Shown one piece after another: positions 9,579 to 19,860 of a stretch of 32,000 nucleotides of DNA (positions are counted from its first letter, which is position 1; each line of letters begins with the position of its first letter). Source of the stretch: Paramicrosporidium saccamoebae KSL3 (lineage: Eukaryota > Fungi > Cryptomycota). Location of the stretch: positions 12,628 through 44,627 of the forward strand of contig MTSL01000146.1 in the NCBI GenBank assembly GCA_002794465.1, in the 5' to 3' direction. The position numbers and the translations under genes are program-made. The notes below the pieces were generated by a model that was not told where the DNA came from, did not search any database, and saw only the letters and a program-made list of their open reading frames with translations.

Positions 9579-12500
9579 CTATTCCCATCCATCATCATCG
9601 TCAAAGATGATGTCAACGGGGGGCTTTTTGGTTGGCGTGGCATCATCCTGAGGCGTATGGAACCCTTCATCACCCAATTCCACTGGCTCGACATTGTTGA
9701 ATTCATCTTTCTCCTCTGACTCGGCTGGTTCGACTGGTTCGACGGATTTGAATTTGAGAGAGGGGTAATCTTCAAGATGCTTTTCAGGGTGCTCTTCAAG
9801 ATGCTCTTCAGGGTGCTCTTCAAAATGCTCTTCAGGGTGCTCTTCAAGGTGCTCTTCCTCCAGCTCCTGGATAGAGAGTCCTTCTAATCCACGAGATGGT
9901 GGCGCATTGGGGTCTTCTCGTGACTCGGAAATGGAAATCGAGGCAAGATCATCAAGATCATCGGCGCGAATGGAACCATTCCCCACATTAACCTCCATGG
10001 ACATGTGGTCGGAAAAGGCCGTCTCATAGGGACTGATTGGAGGAGGGGCGTAACTGGAACGGCTCAAATCACTAGACGAGACTTCTAAGAGAGGCGCAGG
10101 CGCTTCAAACGATACTGATCGAGACTTTGCCGAATCATAGCCGCCCCTTGCAGAACGGGAAGTGTCCTCTACGGCAATGGCATCGGTGTACTCGGGGAAC
10201 AATTCGGGGTTAGCAAATGGCTCAGCAATAAATGTGGCCGCGCGATGCTTCTTTGCGGCCAATTGCTGTCGCCAAAGGGAAACGGCTCGATCAACGCCGC
10301 TGGGGAGATATGTTCTTGCAAAAAGGGCAGCTTCAGGATATCTCTCCGTCTTGATGAGCAGTTCGAGGCATTCCTCCCGTTTTCCCGTCACAAAATAGCA
10401 GGTAAAGGCAATGTTAAATTGTGCACTTTCCACAGCCATTGACCCCAGGGTCAGCAGACCATTGGCGTTCCCCGACGAGGAGTACAACAACAGCAAACTC
10501 TCCAAGTCGCCACTCTTGAGGTAGCACTTTTCAGCCAAGGCAGTCTTCCACTCTGCAAGAGCCAAATCTCCAAGCTCGCGCCATTTATGAAGCGACTCGC
10601 TGTGGGACACCAACTCGTATGCCAAATCAAGCATTTTTAGCTGAACTGCCAACTCGAATTTGAAATCCGTCTCTGTCGCCAAATCCAAGGCAAGGTTCTT
10701 TAGGCCTCGGCTATCCAAAAAATGTGCAACTCGGTTTAGCTGATCAGAGGGAATCGATCCCACTAGTGCTTGGGCGGCGGCCATGTCTCCCTTGAGAATT
10801 GCACTTTCGTAGGCAATGACATCCATGGACAGCGTGTAGGTAAAGGTGGCGGCATCCTTGTCGACCAGTACAAGACGGTTCTCTTTGGCTAAGAAGCCAA
10901 CTAGATATAGAGGTCGCTCGGAAATTGCAATTTGATATGTTTGACCCCCGACAACGTAGCTGATCCGATTGCGCGAAGTGACATAGACGAAGCAATCGGC
11001 AATCCAGATTCCCGAAACAATCTTTTCATTCACCTCGTCCACAAATTCAAAGGCCTCCTCCAGTCCATCCTCGGGAAGGTACCCGTTGGACTGGATGTAG
11101 CTCTCCACTATATCATTGTTGAATTGGAGGATGTAGAGGGAATCTTCAGTGCAAATGGCCGCCTTTTGCGACGATTCGGACCAAATTACACGCTTTGCAT
11201 CGACATCAATGCGACGCACAAGCTGGCTCGAGTTCCAGTCAAAAAAGCAAAGCTGTCCTCCAGTACAGGCAGCACCCAACAAGACTCCCCCGAAAATCTT
11301 TTCGCAGGAACTTGCGACTTTGATAGATGCCGATTCGACAAAATTTTGAAAGACGGTAATCTTTGAGAGAGATTCGCGCACGGCATATTCGCTGCCACTC
11401 GGCAAAGCCCAAGCCAACTCTAGGCCCTTTCCAAAGGTCTTGTTGCGCCAAGCCAAGGCAGTGTAAATAATGTACTCGCCATCACCGCACACGACAACAA
11501 AGCGACCATTAGGACTGTGCTGCAAAAGCTGGGGATAGACTTCACAATGGCCAAGCTCTTTGTTGGGCAGCATAACACGCTGACCATCTGGAACAGGCTC
11601 ATTCATTTCGACGCATTCCTCTAATGTCTGCTTAATGTTGCCGGTGAGAATTTCATTGTGGCGTGCCCAGATTAGCTTGCCATTGGAATCCATAGAGGCA
11701 GCGGGTTCTCCCTTACCCAATTGAAACACGACTGAGCCTTCGTCAAAGCCAACGGAAATCTCGGTGGAGCCCTTTCTAATAGCCAAAGCCCAGACGCGGT
11801 CCAGAGAAAAATTAAAGACGGCTTCGGAGCGGAATGTATTGGAGCTCCACACCTTGACTGATCCATCTTCACTACCCGAAAGAATGAGGGGGAGATCGGG
11901 GTGGAAAAGAACGGCAGAAATGTTCTGAACATGTCCTTCCATGACGCGAACGCAAGATTTGGTCTGGTAGTCCCAGACACGAACGGTGGCATCGTCGGCG
12001 CCACTGACAAGGTAGGGACGCTCTCCACCGGAATAGTAGTCAATGCAGTTTACCCCCTTATCGTGCCCTTCCAAAGTATAGTTTGCAGTCGCAGAGCCAA
12101 TGTTCCAAATCTTTATCGTCCTGTCCAGCGAGGCTGTAGCAAAAGTGTTGGTATCTTTGGGGTTAAATGTCACAGCCATGACATAATGGACATGGCCCTC
12201 GTAGGTGGTCACGCAGTTCCATTGCTTTTCCCAATCCCACAACTTGACGGACATGTCGTCTGAGCACGACAGTACGTATGGTCTGGTAGGATGGATGGCA
12301 AAACTGCGGATATAGTCGCTGTGGCCTTCAAATTGAGTCACCTTTTCCAGCGTATTGTAGTTGTAAACCCGGATAATCAGGTCGTCGGCGCCAGTGATGA
12401 TCCAATTCTTGCGAGGAATAAACTTTGAGGTGCGAATAGGCATGTCGCTGACTTCAATTGTCTTTACGACAGTTTGCGTCTCATAGTTCCAAATGGTCAC

Positions 12501-12649
12501 GACGCCACTGTACAAACTGGCCAACATCCATGGCTCGGTGGGGTGAAAGTCGACACACTTGACGCGGTCCGAATGCGCAGTCAAAAGAGTCTATAGAGTG
12601 AATATGGGGGGAAGGAAAGAGTTACTCGACGTTCAAGTGTCAGTCCCAT
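9579..12649 (-). CDS. SEC27: Coatomer subunit beta' (COPI)
   Basis: WD40 N-terminus AHSDRVKCVDFHPTEPW. Exon 1 (MGLTLERR, 12626..12649) is joined by the 35-nt intron 12591..12625. Acidic C-terminal tail. Confidence 0.96.
9785..9860 (-). repeat. 12/24-bp coding tandem repeat (EEHL-EEHP) in the SEC27 tail
   Basis: The + strand gggtgctcttca/agatgctcttca units encode EEHLEEHPEEHFEEHPEEHLEEHPEKHLE. Confidence 0.85.
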
Positions 12650-12749
12650 TGCGTCAAACGTTCTGATATTGGCACGGGTTATTTAAAGAATAATTCCCGT
12701 TTGGTTGTGAGATTACAGTAAAGAATAATTCGAAATTTTACTCTAGTCG

Positions 12750-13570
12750 ATGCCACTCCCAAAGTCCAAAGCGTTTTGGGCATTTGCATCAACAGTTTCC
12801 ATTTCAGTGGTAGCTGTTCTTTATGACCGGCAGAGGTTGAAGGCCGTTAGAAGCCGTTATATTGAAGAAGCAACTGCCATGGGACTGCAGCCTTTGTTGC
12901 AAGCACCTAGAAAAGTTACGCTAGTCTCCTTTGCCAATGATAACATTGAGGCTCGCAAGATTAGAAAGCTTTGGCGCTCTTATGCCGTTGATCTCTTTAC
13001 TTTTGCTGGATGCGATTACCAACTGATTGAATGCAATGCGGTAGCGCTGGATAAAGAGCTTGACAAGCGTCTTCCAGTGCCAGAGGGTGAAGCGCCACCC
13101 GAGGAAAAGACTATTGCAAAGTTGGTTACGCCGGATAATTGGATACGCCCTATGATGCTAGAGTGGATGCAGAGAATTAATGGAAAGAGCGCGCTGTTTC
13201 CGCTTCCCTCGGACACTACTGAGGCAACACTACTAAAGATGCGGCAGGAGATGCGACCTGAGCCAAAGAGTCTAACATTCTTTGAGGACGGGATTGTTGC
13301 CCTAGAAAGAAACTCTTATGGCTCCATGATAGACGGCGTAAGGGATTTCGATAGCGATGTAGGCACAAAGAGTGTGCCTCAACTGGGCTACATTCCTTGT
13401 GACACTGTTAAATCTTGGAGGTCGAGCATTTATTACGTACGATTGGGTTTGGTATTTTATATTTCTAGTTTTTCAGAAAGTCTGAATTGGCAGAGAAAAT
13501 TGGCCATGCTACTATGGATGTTTTGCGTGAAAGGGTCCGTCCCGACGGATACCATAAGAGTTATCATTAA
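12750..13570 (+). CDS. TIM54: Mitochondrial inner-membrane translocase TIM22-complex subunit Tim54
   Basis: LPKSKAFWAF-TM-YDR...PRKVTL...LWRSYAVDLFTFAGCDYQLI matches the Tim54 N-terminus. The 32-nt intron 13437..13468 gives IYYFFRKSELAEKIG...SYH*, with the stop ending at 13570. Confidence 0.75.
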
Positions 13571-13588
13571 AGCATTTTCTTTGTTCTC

Positions 13589-14364
13589 ATGGAATCATCA
13601 ACGGAGCTACGGAGCTTACTGGTAGACAATGCTGTTAAATTTTTGCAGGATCCCCAGGTGCGCAGTAGTAGCGTGGAGAGGCAGTTGACGTTTCTCAAGA
13701 GTAAGGGTCTAACTGAGGCTGAGATTGATGAGGCTATGAAGCGGGCAGGAAGCCTGATTAGCGCGACTGGCACTCCGCCGCCCTTGCCCTCAGGTCCGCC
13801 GCCAAGTCGAGCCATGGCACAGGCCAAGTTTGACTGGGGGAAACTTTTCCTTGTGCTTGCCTTCATCGGGAGCACTGGGGCGGCCTTGTCTCAGACAATA
13901 TTGGGGGTATGTTTGATCGGATTGCCTAATGCTAGAAATCGCTACTGGATTGGTGGAAGAGGATCAGAGCCAAAGTATCCGAATCGACTGGCATTAAGGA
14001 AGAGTTGGAAAAGATACGTGAAACGCAGGCTGCACTAGAAGTGAGTCTACAGAGTGTCGCTCAGCTACGTGAGACGCAGGCTGCATTAGAGGTGAGTCTA
14101 CAGAGTGTCGCTCAGATACAAAAGACACAGGCCGTGTTGGAGGCAAGCCTGCAGAATGTCTCTCAGATACAAAAGACACAGGGAACATTAGAGACAAACT
14201 TGCAAAATGTCAGTCAAAAGCTCACTGCGGACATTGAGGGACTAAAAGCCTCTCAAAACTATTTGTACCAGGATTTGGTTCGTGAACTTGAGGATTTGCG
14301 CGAAGAGGCCATCGCCACTGTGCCAATCAACGTCAATGATGATCAAGAAAAGGTACAAGTGTAA
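13589..14364 (+). CDS. PEX14: Peroxisomal membrane docking protein Pex14
   Basis: LVDNAVKFLQDPQV...FLKSKGLTEAEIDEAM (Pex14_N), a Pro-rich linker and a TM segment. The 29-nt intron 13907..13935 joins the coiled-coil ORF 14005..14364. Confidence 0.9.
14020..14217 (+). repeat. 51-bp (17-aa) coding tandem repeat x4 in the PEX14 coiled coil
   Basis: Units start at 14020, 14071, 14122 and 14173: ETQAALEVSLQSVAQLR / ETQAALEVSLQSVAQIQ / KTQAVLEASLQNVSQIQ / KTQGTLETNLQNVSQ. Confidence 0.9.
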
Positions 14365-14470
14365 ATAATGGGTTATACCGAACCAGACAGTAAGGCGATA
14401 AAGGTCCTTTAATGTTTAACACCAAACCCTTATCGAATTAATCTTTGTCATAATCCCTGCTACGGCTGCG

Positions 14471-15284
14471 ATGGCAAACTACATAGACGTTGGTCAGCCC
14501 AACTCGACCTTATATATACAGAACCTGAATGAAAGAGTTACTCCAAAAAGTCTGTGTAGTCAGTTGAAAAAGACATTTGGAGTGTTTGGAGAGATTCTTG
14601 ACGTTGTCGCGAAACGACGTGTGGCCTTGCGGGGACAGGCTTTTGTTCTGTTCCGAGACATGGAGGCGGCTCGCCAGGCCATAGAGACCCTTCAGGGAGA
14701 TAGATTATATGGAAAATCAATGGTGATCAAATATGCAAAATACAAGTCAGACGTCATCAGCAAAGCTGATGGCACATATGAGATTGAGAGGCGTCGACGC
14801 GAGCAGGACAGGAGTAAGCCGTTGGGGATGATTCGCTTACTTTTTAGTTGAACGGTCGCGTCATCCCCGCATGACCCGGAGACAAATGCTAGCGCAAATG
14901 GCCGCTAACCCGGGAATGCAAGGAATGTCAAGTTTGCCCATGGCCGGCTTGCCAATGCACATGGGACCTGGAATGGGCGGATTTGGGATGAGTGGGCCTG
15001 GAAGTGGTCCCTCCCTCGGGCCTCAAATGGTGGGAGGAGAGCTGCAGCTTCCAAACAAGGTCTTGTACTTGCAGAATCTGCCGGAAGGAACTACTGAGAA
15101 ACAACTTGTGGAAGTGTTTAAAAAATATCCAGGATTTGTAGAGATGCGCCTTGTGCCGAATCGTCCAGATGTAGCCTTTGCTGAATACGAGAGTGAGGCA
15201 CAGGCGGTTGTTGCTCGCCAGGCTGCCGAAACACACGAAATTCAACCCGGAGTCAATCTGCGGGTGGCATTTGCACGTCGCTGA
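14471..15284 (+). CDS. U1A/U2B'' family snRNP protein (two RRMs)
   Basis: PNSTLYIQNLNE...LRGQAFVLF...MVIKYAKYKSD and PNKVLYLQNLPE...FVEMRLVPNRPDVAFAEY. 34-nt intron 14814..14847. U1A and U2B'' cannot be separated by eye. Confidence 0.9.
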
Positions 15285-15489
15285 CCACAGAAAGCACAGT
15301 AGATAGCTATCAATGTGAGCTGTGAGATTTGACTTTTGACGTTTGGAATTTGATACTCGACATTTGATATTCGATATTTGAGCTTTGAAGGGCTATACAT
15401 AAACTAATAAACCCTACTCACTGGGGATGCTCGAGTCAACCATGGCAGCTGTCTCAATGTGAGATGTGCTATCTATGGACTAACAAGCT

Positions 15490-15780
15490 TTACTCACTGA
15501 TGACGTTTGGATCAATTTTTACAGATATGAGCCGTCTGTACTTTTCGATAAATTCAGTCCTTGTCTGTATTTCGTCTTGTACCTTTTTTCGGTCTTTCAG
15601 GGCGACAGTCGAATCGTAAGGCTTTTGAATATCTGGCAATCGGTTCATGTACTGTTCAAGAGTATCCATTTTCTGAAGTAGGCCATTGCAAACATTAAGT
15701 ATCTTTCCGTAGTTGTTATGATTATCCAACAACTCTAGGACGTGAATAAGGTCAATGGTTAGCTCGCTATTATCCAACAT
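15490..15780 (-). CDS. Small helical protein, possibly Mediator subunit Med9-like
   Basis: ATG at 15780, 96 aa. LLQKMDTLEQYMNRLPDI...VQDEIQTRTEFIEKYRRL resembles the Med9 pattern (K-x-q...lPGI...l-eqir-k-ell-kY). By-eye match only. Confidence 0.4.
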   Translation of the reverse strand: MLDNSELTIDLIHVLELLDNHNNYGKILNVCNGLLQKMDTLEQYMNRLPDIQKPYDSTVALKDRKKVQDEIQTRTEFIEKYRRLISVKIDPNVISE

Positions 15781-15954
15781 GAACAAGTGAGCGAGTGAGC
15801 GAGTAGCGATATATCAAACCAAGGCAAGAACTGAGGTTTGACGAGCCAAAAAGTCGGTACCTGACGAGTCTACTATTTTCAAAAGTTGAACTGTAACGGA
15901 CCAACGCTTAGTCTTTAAAAACTCGAACTAACAATTCACAGCAACAAAAGTTAA

Positions 15955-16952
15955 TTAATTGTGGTTTGTACCAGATTCTGCTAGAATAAACTGTACAGTT
16001 GCAGCCAAATCAAATTTGGGCGACCATTCCCAGTCTTTTCTGGCATTACTGTCATCAAGTATGTGAGGCCAGCTATCAGCAATAGCCTGTCTATGATCAG
16101 GCTTATAGTTAACAGACATGGTCTTTCCCGTTGCCGTTTCAATTGCGGCCCGTAGTGTTCCAGGATTGAAAGACATTGCTTGAATGTTGTAGACGGACCT
16201 AGTCAGTCTTTCACGAGGCACCGACATTAGCTTGATTATGCCTTCAATACAGTCGTCAATATGAACCATGGGGAGCGTAGTGTCGGCACGCAGGAAACAA
16301 TTATACTCGCCGGAGATGGCGGCACGAACCATCTCGATGGCATAATCTATCGACTATTAGTATTGCAAGACTGAAAAACCTGTGGTTCCAGTCCCAGCAG
16401 ACGCATTGGCAGAGAGAACTCCAGGGAGTCGGATCGATCTAAAGTCGACTCCATATCGGCGATGAAAGTAGTCACCCAAGAGCTCGTTGTATACCTTGGT
16501 CGTTCCGTACAGGAACTGAGGTGCCATGATGGTTGTATCAGAGGCCGTCTTAGGCGTATCAGGTCCGAATGCAGCAATTGTGGACGGGCAGAATAGACGG
16601 AAACGGTACTTTTGCGCCAGCTGCAGCATGTGGACAAAGCTGTCGACATTGACCTTTAGGGTTCTGACAGCAGCAGACCAGTCCTTCTCCGCTGCCCCAG
16701 ATAGGATTGCAGGCAGATGAAAAACCCACTCGGGCTTATAGTCTTCAATAATCTTTTTCGCATTTTTCATAATGGTAATGTCACTTTGTTCAAACGTGCC
16801 AATGTGTTCCGGACCGGTGGCAGAAATGTCCACTCCAACCACAGTGGCGCCTTTGAAGGCTTTGCTCAAGGCTGTCCCAATTTGACCGTTGCATCCTACA
16901 ACGTCATCGTATGTGAAGGTGTGCCTGTGATCAGAACTCGAGATGGCGTCAT
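15955..16952 (-). CDS. TDH: L-threonine 3-dehydrogenase, SDR/NAD-epimerase type
   Basis: The spliced product starts MTPSRVLITGCNGQIG (GxxGxxG) and contains PSTIAAFG, YGTTK (YxxxK), FRSIRLPG, GTTDYAIEM, RQAIADSWP and DDSNARKDW. Introns 16896..16924 (GC-AG, 29 nt) and 16347..16379 (GT-AG, 33 nt). Confidence 0.88.
16896..16924 (-). other. GC-AG intron (29 nt) in TDH
   Basis: gcacaccttc...gttgtag. Removal restores the Rossmann motif VLITGCNGQIG; unspliced, the frame stops at TAG. Confidence 0.75.
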
Positions 16953-17002
16953 TTAGCACTGCAATAAGGACAGGGGGAGTAGGAGTAGAGTCGGGGTTTA
17001 TT
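16953..17002. promoter_or_regulatory. Putative 50-bp bidirectional promoter between TDH and KBL
   Basis: Only 50 nt separate the TDH ATG (16952, -) and the KBL ATG (17003, +). The spacer is purine-rich on the + strand (ggacagggggagtaggagtagagtcgggg). Promoter function is inferred. Confidence 0.55.
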
Positions 17003-18296
17003 ATGTTGGGAATCTTTCGACCATCATTGCAGCTATTGTCCCGTAGCCAATTTTACAAGAGGCTAGTGCAAGATTTGGATGCCATGAAAGCATCTGGGCT
17101 GTACAAAGACGAGCAAGTCATTGCCTCTCCCCAATCCAACAGTGTAAAGGTGCAAGGGGAAAATTTGATTAATTTCTGTGCCAACAACTATCTCGGTCTT
17201 TCAAACCATCCTGGTAATATTGAAAACGCCATGTAATTCCCGTAGAGCTTGTTGAGGCTGGAAAGCATGCCTTGGAGTCTCGTGGGGCGGGGATGAGCTC
17301 GGTGAGATTTATTTGTGGTACGCAAGACCTTCACAAGAAGCTGGAGGCAAAAATTTCCGAATTCCATGGAACCGATGACACAATTCTCTACACGAGTTGT
17401 TTTGATGCAAATGCAGGTATTTTCGAAACATTGCTGGGAGCAGAAGATGCAGTCATTTCTGATGCCCTAAATCACGCATCCATAATTGATGGAATACGAC
17501 TTTGTAAAGCGCAAAGATTGCGTTACAAGCACAATGATATGGATGACCTCGAGAGATTATTGAAGGATAATCGAGAAAAGGCCCGGACCATGCTTATCGC
17601 AACTGATGGCGTATTTAGCATGGATGGCGACTTGGCCAAGCTGCCCGAAATCTGTCATTTAGCTCGAAAATACGATGCGCTTGTGTTTGTAGATGACAGT
17701 CACGCCACTGGGTTCATTGGTTCTACGGGTCGCGGAACGGCAGAGCATTTTAATCTCGAAAAGGAGGTGGACATTATCTCTTCCACTCTTGGAAAGGCGC
17801 TTGGAGGCTCGTCCGGTAAGTCACTTTGGGAGCGTTGGTTCATCTTCTAGGCGGGTATACCACAGGACGATCTGAGGTCATATCTACTCTTCGACAGCGC
17901 AGCCGGCCATATTTATTCTCCAACAGCCTTCCTCCGGTGATTGCCTCGTTTGCGCTGAAAGCACTGGAGCTCGTATCTTCTCGGCCGGAACTTTGTATTG
18001 CTGTAAATGAAAATGCGGTGCATTTCCGAAAAAGCATGACAGCCAAAGGATTCAAGATTATGGGAAACGCCAGTCATCCCATTTGTCCAGTACTGATTGG
18101 CGACGCCGTGATTGCCGGCAAGATGGCCGCAGAACTGCGAGCTTGTGGCATATTTGTGATTGCATTTAGCTACCCCGTGGTGCCTCACGACCTTGCTCGA
18201 ATCCGCGTCCAATTATCGGCTTCTCACACCAAAAAGCAAATTGACAATGCTGTTGCAGAATTCGAGCGTATAGGCAAGAAATATAATGTTATCTAA
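17003..18296 (+). CDS. KBL: 2-amino-3-ketobutyrate CoA ligase (glycine C-acetyltransferase)
   Basis: [63 protein letters not shown] (PLP Lys), [20 protein letters not shown]. Introns 17214..17245 (32 nt) and 17816..17850 (35 nt). N-terminus [15 protein letters not shown] resembles a presequence. Confidence 0.93.
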
Positions 18297-18579
18297 AGTG
18301 AATAATGTGATTGTGCGATTAGGCGATTATGCGGTGAGGCGATTGGGGGGCTGTGGGCAGTCTTACGAAGCGGTAGTAAAAGTGTGCAACGTGACACCTG
18401 TGTAGTGTGATAAAGTCTGTTTTTGCACCTATCAAGGAATCTGGTAATAAGAGAGGCCCCTTGAAAGTCCGTGATATGTTCTTTGTGACTGGTGAGCGAT
18501 GAACAGGTTTTGTATTATGCGAACATTAGTTGCCCATAACAACATTATCACTATCCGAGACGTGTATATTTCCACAATC

Positions 18580-19569
18580 CTACTGGCTTACAATGCTGTC
18601 ATGTGTTCCAAAGAGTTTGTGGACTGAATCATATATCCAGGTGGGGAACAGTCGTGCGATTGAAATAATCATCATGAATCGGGGTAGCCAAACCTCTATG
18701 CGTCCGGTCTCAATAGCATCTACAATCTGTTGGGCCACAAAAGATACTGTGAGGGTGGGTAGTAGACTTTTAAAATTCCACTTTACCTTGCCGCGGAACA
18801 TGGCAGTATCTACATGAAATGGGCATATAATTGTTGTTGTCACACCCGAGCATCCATCTGCCTGCAGCTCTAATCTTAGGGATTCATTCATCCCATACAA
18901 TGCAAATTTGCTGGCACAGTAGTCGGCTACAAGTAAATGTGCAAAAAGTACCTAGTACTCATTTTTGCCACTCCCCCAATACCCAAGATGGACGAAATGT
19001 TGACAATGCGTCCAAAATTCTTCTCAATCATTTGGGGAAGGAATTTTTTGATGAGTCGGAATGGTCCCATTACATTCACATTCAAGACATTTTGAATTTC
19101 CTGATCTGACAGTTCGCCTATTCGTTTCCCCCTGTTCCAAATTCCCGCATTATTGACAAGGATTGTCGGGGCTACGTTCTAGATATTGAAAAGTGTATCA
19201 CAACACGTACCTTTGACACGAGAGCGGCTGCCAAGTTGTCGATACTTTCTGCATCACCAACATTGCACTCGATGTATTGTACATCTATGGCTGGAATCTA
19301 TATAAACAATGTGCATACTTTTTGGCAGTTCCCAGTCTGGCCGAGCTATGTCAGCGATTATTATTTTAGAGCATCCGCGTTTAGCACAAATATTAACAAC
19401 CATCTGCCCAATTCCTTGAGACCCTATCGTGAAAATGAAATGTACAAATTGTACCTCCGGTAACTAGCAGAGTTTGCTCCTCCCATAGAAACGCCCTGCG
19501 GGTAGAGTTCTTGTAGTGTAGGATGCAATAGGACACTATGAAGACTACCGGAGCCAGCAGGAACAGCAT
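18580..19569 (-). CDS. Membrane-anchored short-chain dehydrogenase (RDH10/17beta-HSD11-like)
   Basis: The spliced product has an N-terminal TM (MLFLLAPVVFIVSYCIL), VTGGSQGIG, LVNNAGI, NISS and DYCASKFA. Four GT-AG introns: 19424..19454, 19291..19318, 19179..19210, 18927..18958. It is absent from the ORF track except for the last exon. Confidence 0.85.
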
Positions 19570-19860
19570 GTGGAAAACGGAAAACTATAAAGTATGGTTT
19601 TTAGTAATAAGAGTTTTCTTTCCATCTGGCAAGGTGTGTGTAGTTTGAGATGATAAGGGATTCATGCATAAAAGCTGTTTATCAAATCCATGAACCTTAC
19701 AGTTACGAGAGTACGTTGTGTAACATGCTATGAAATTGTATATTATGTCATGATGTCATTCAGACCGCGCTATAACACACTATACCATAGTACACGAAAC
19801 TCCGACGACCCCCGCAGCGTGGGCTTCCCCCCATCCCTGGTCGACTCATAGTGGCTGTGG

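Noticed and set aside
15285-15489. U1A autoregulatory element (AUUGCAC repeats) in the 3' UTR
   Set aside because: The motif is not present downstream of the stop.
16943-18296. KBL, IDH, TDH, PEX14 and U1A as frameshifted pseudogenes or programmed frameshifts
   Set aside because: Every break is explained by a 28-35 nt spliceosomal intron that restores conserved motifs.
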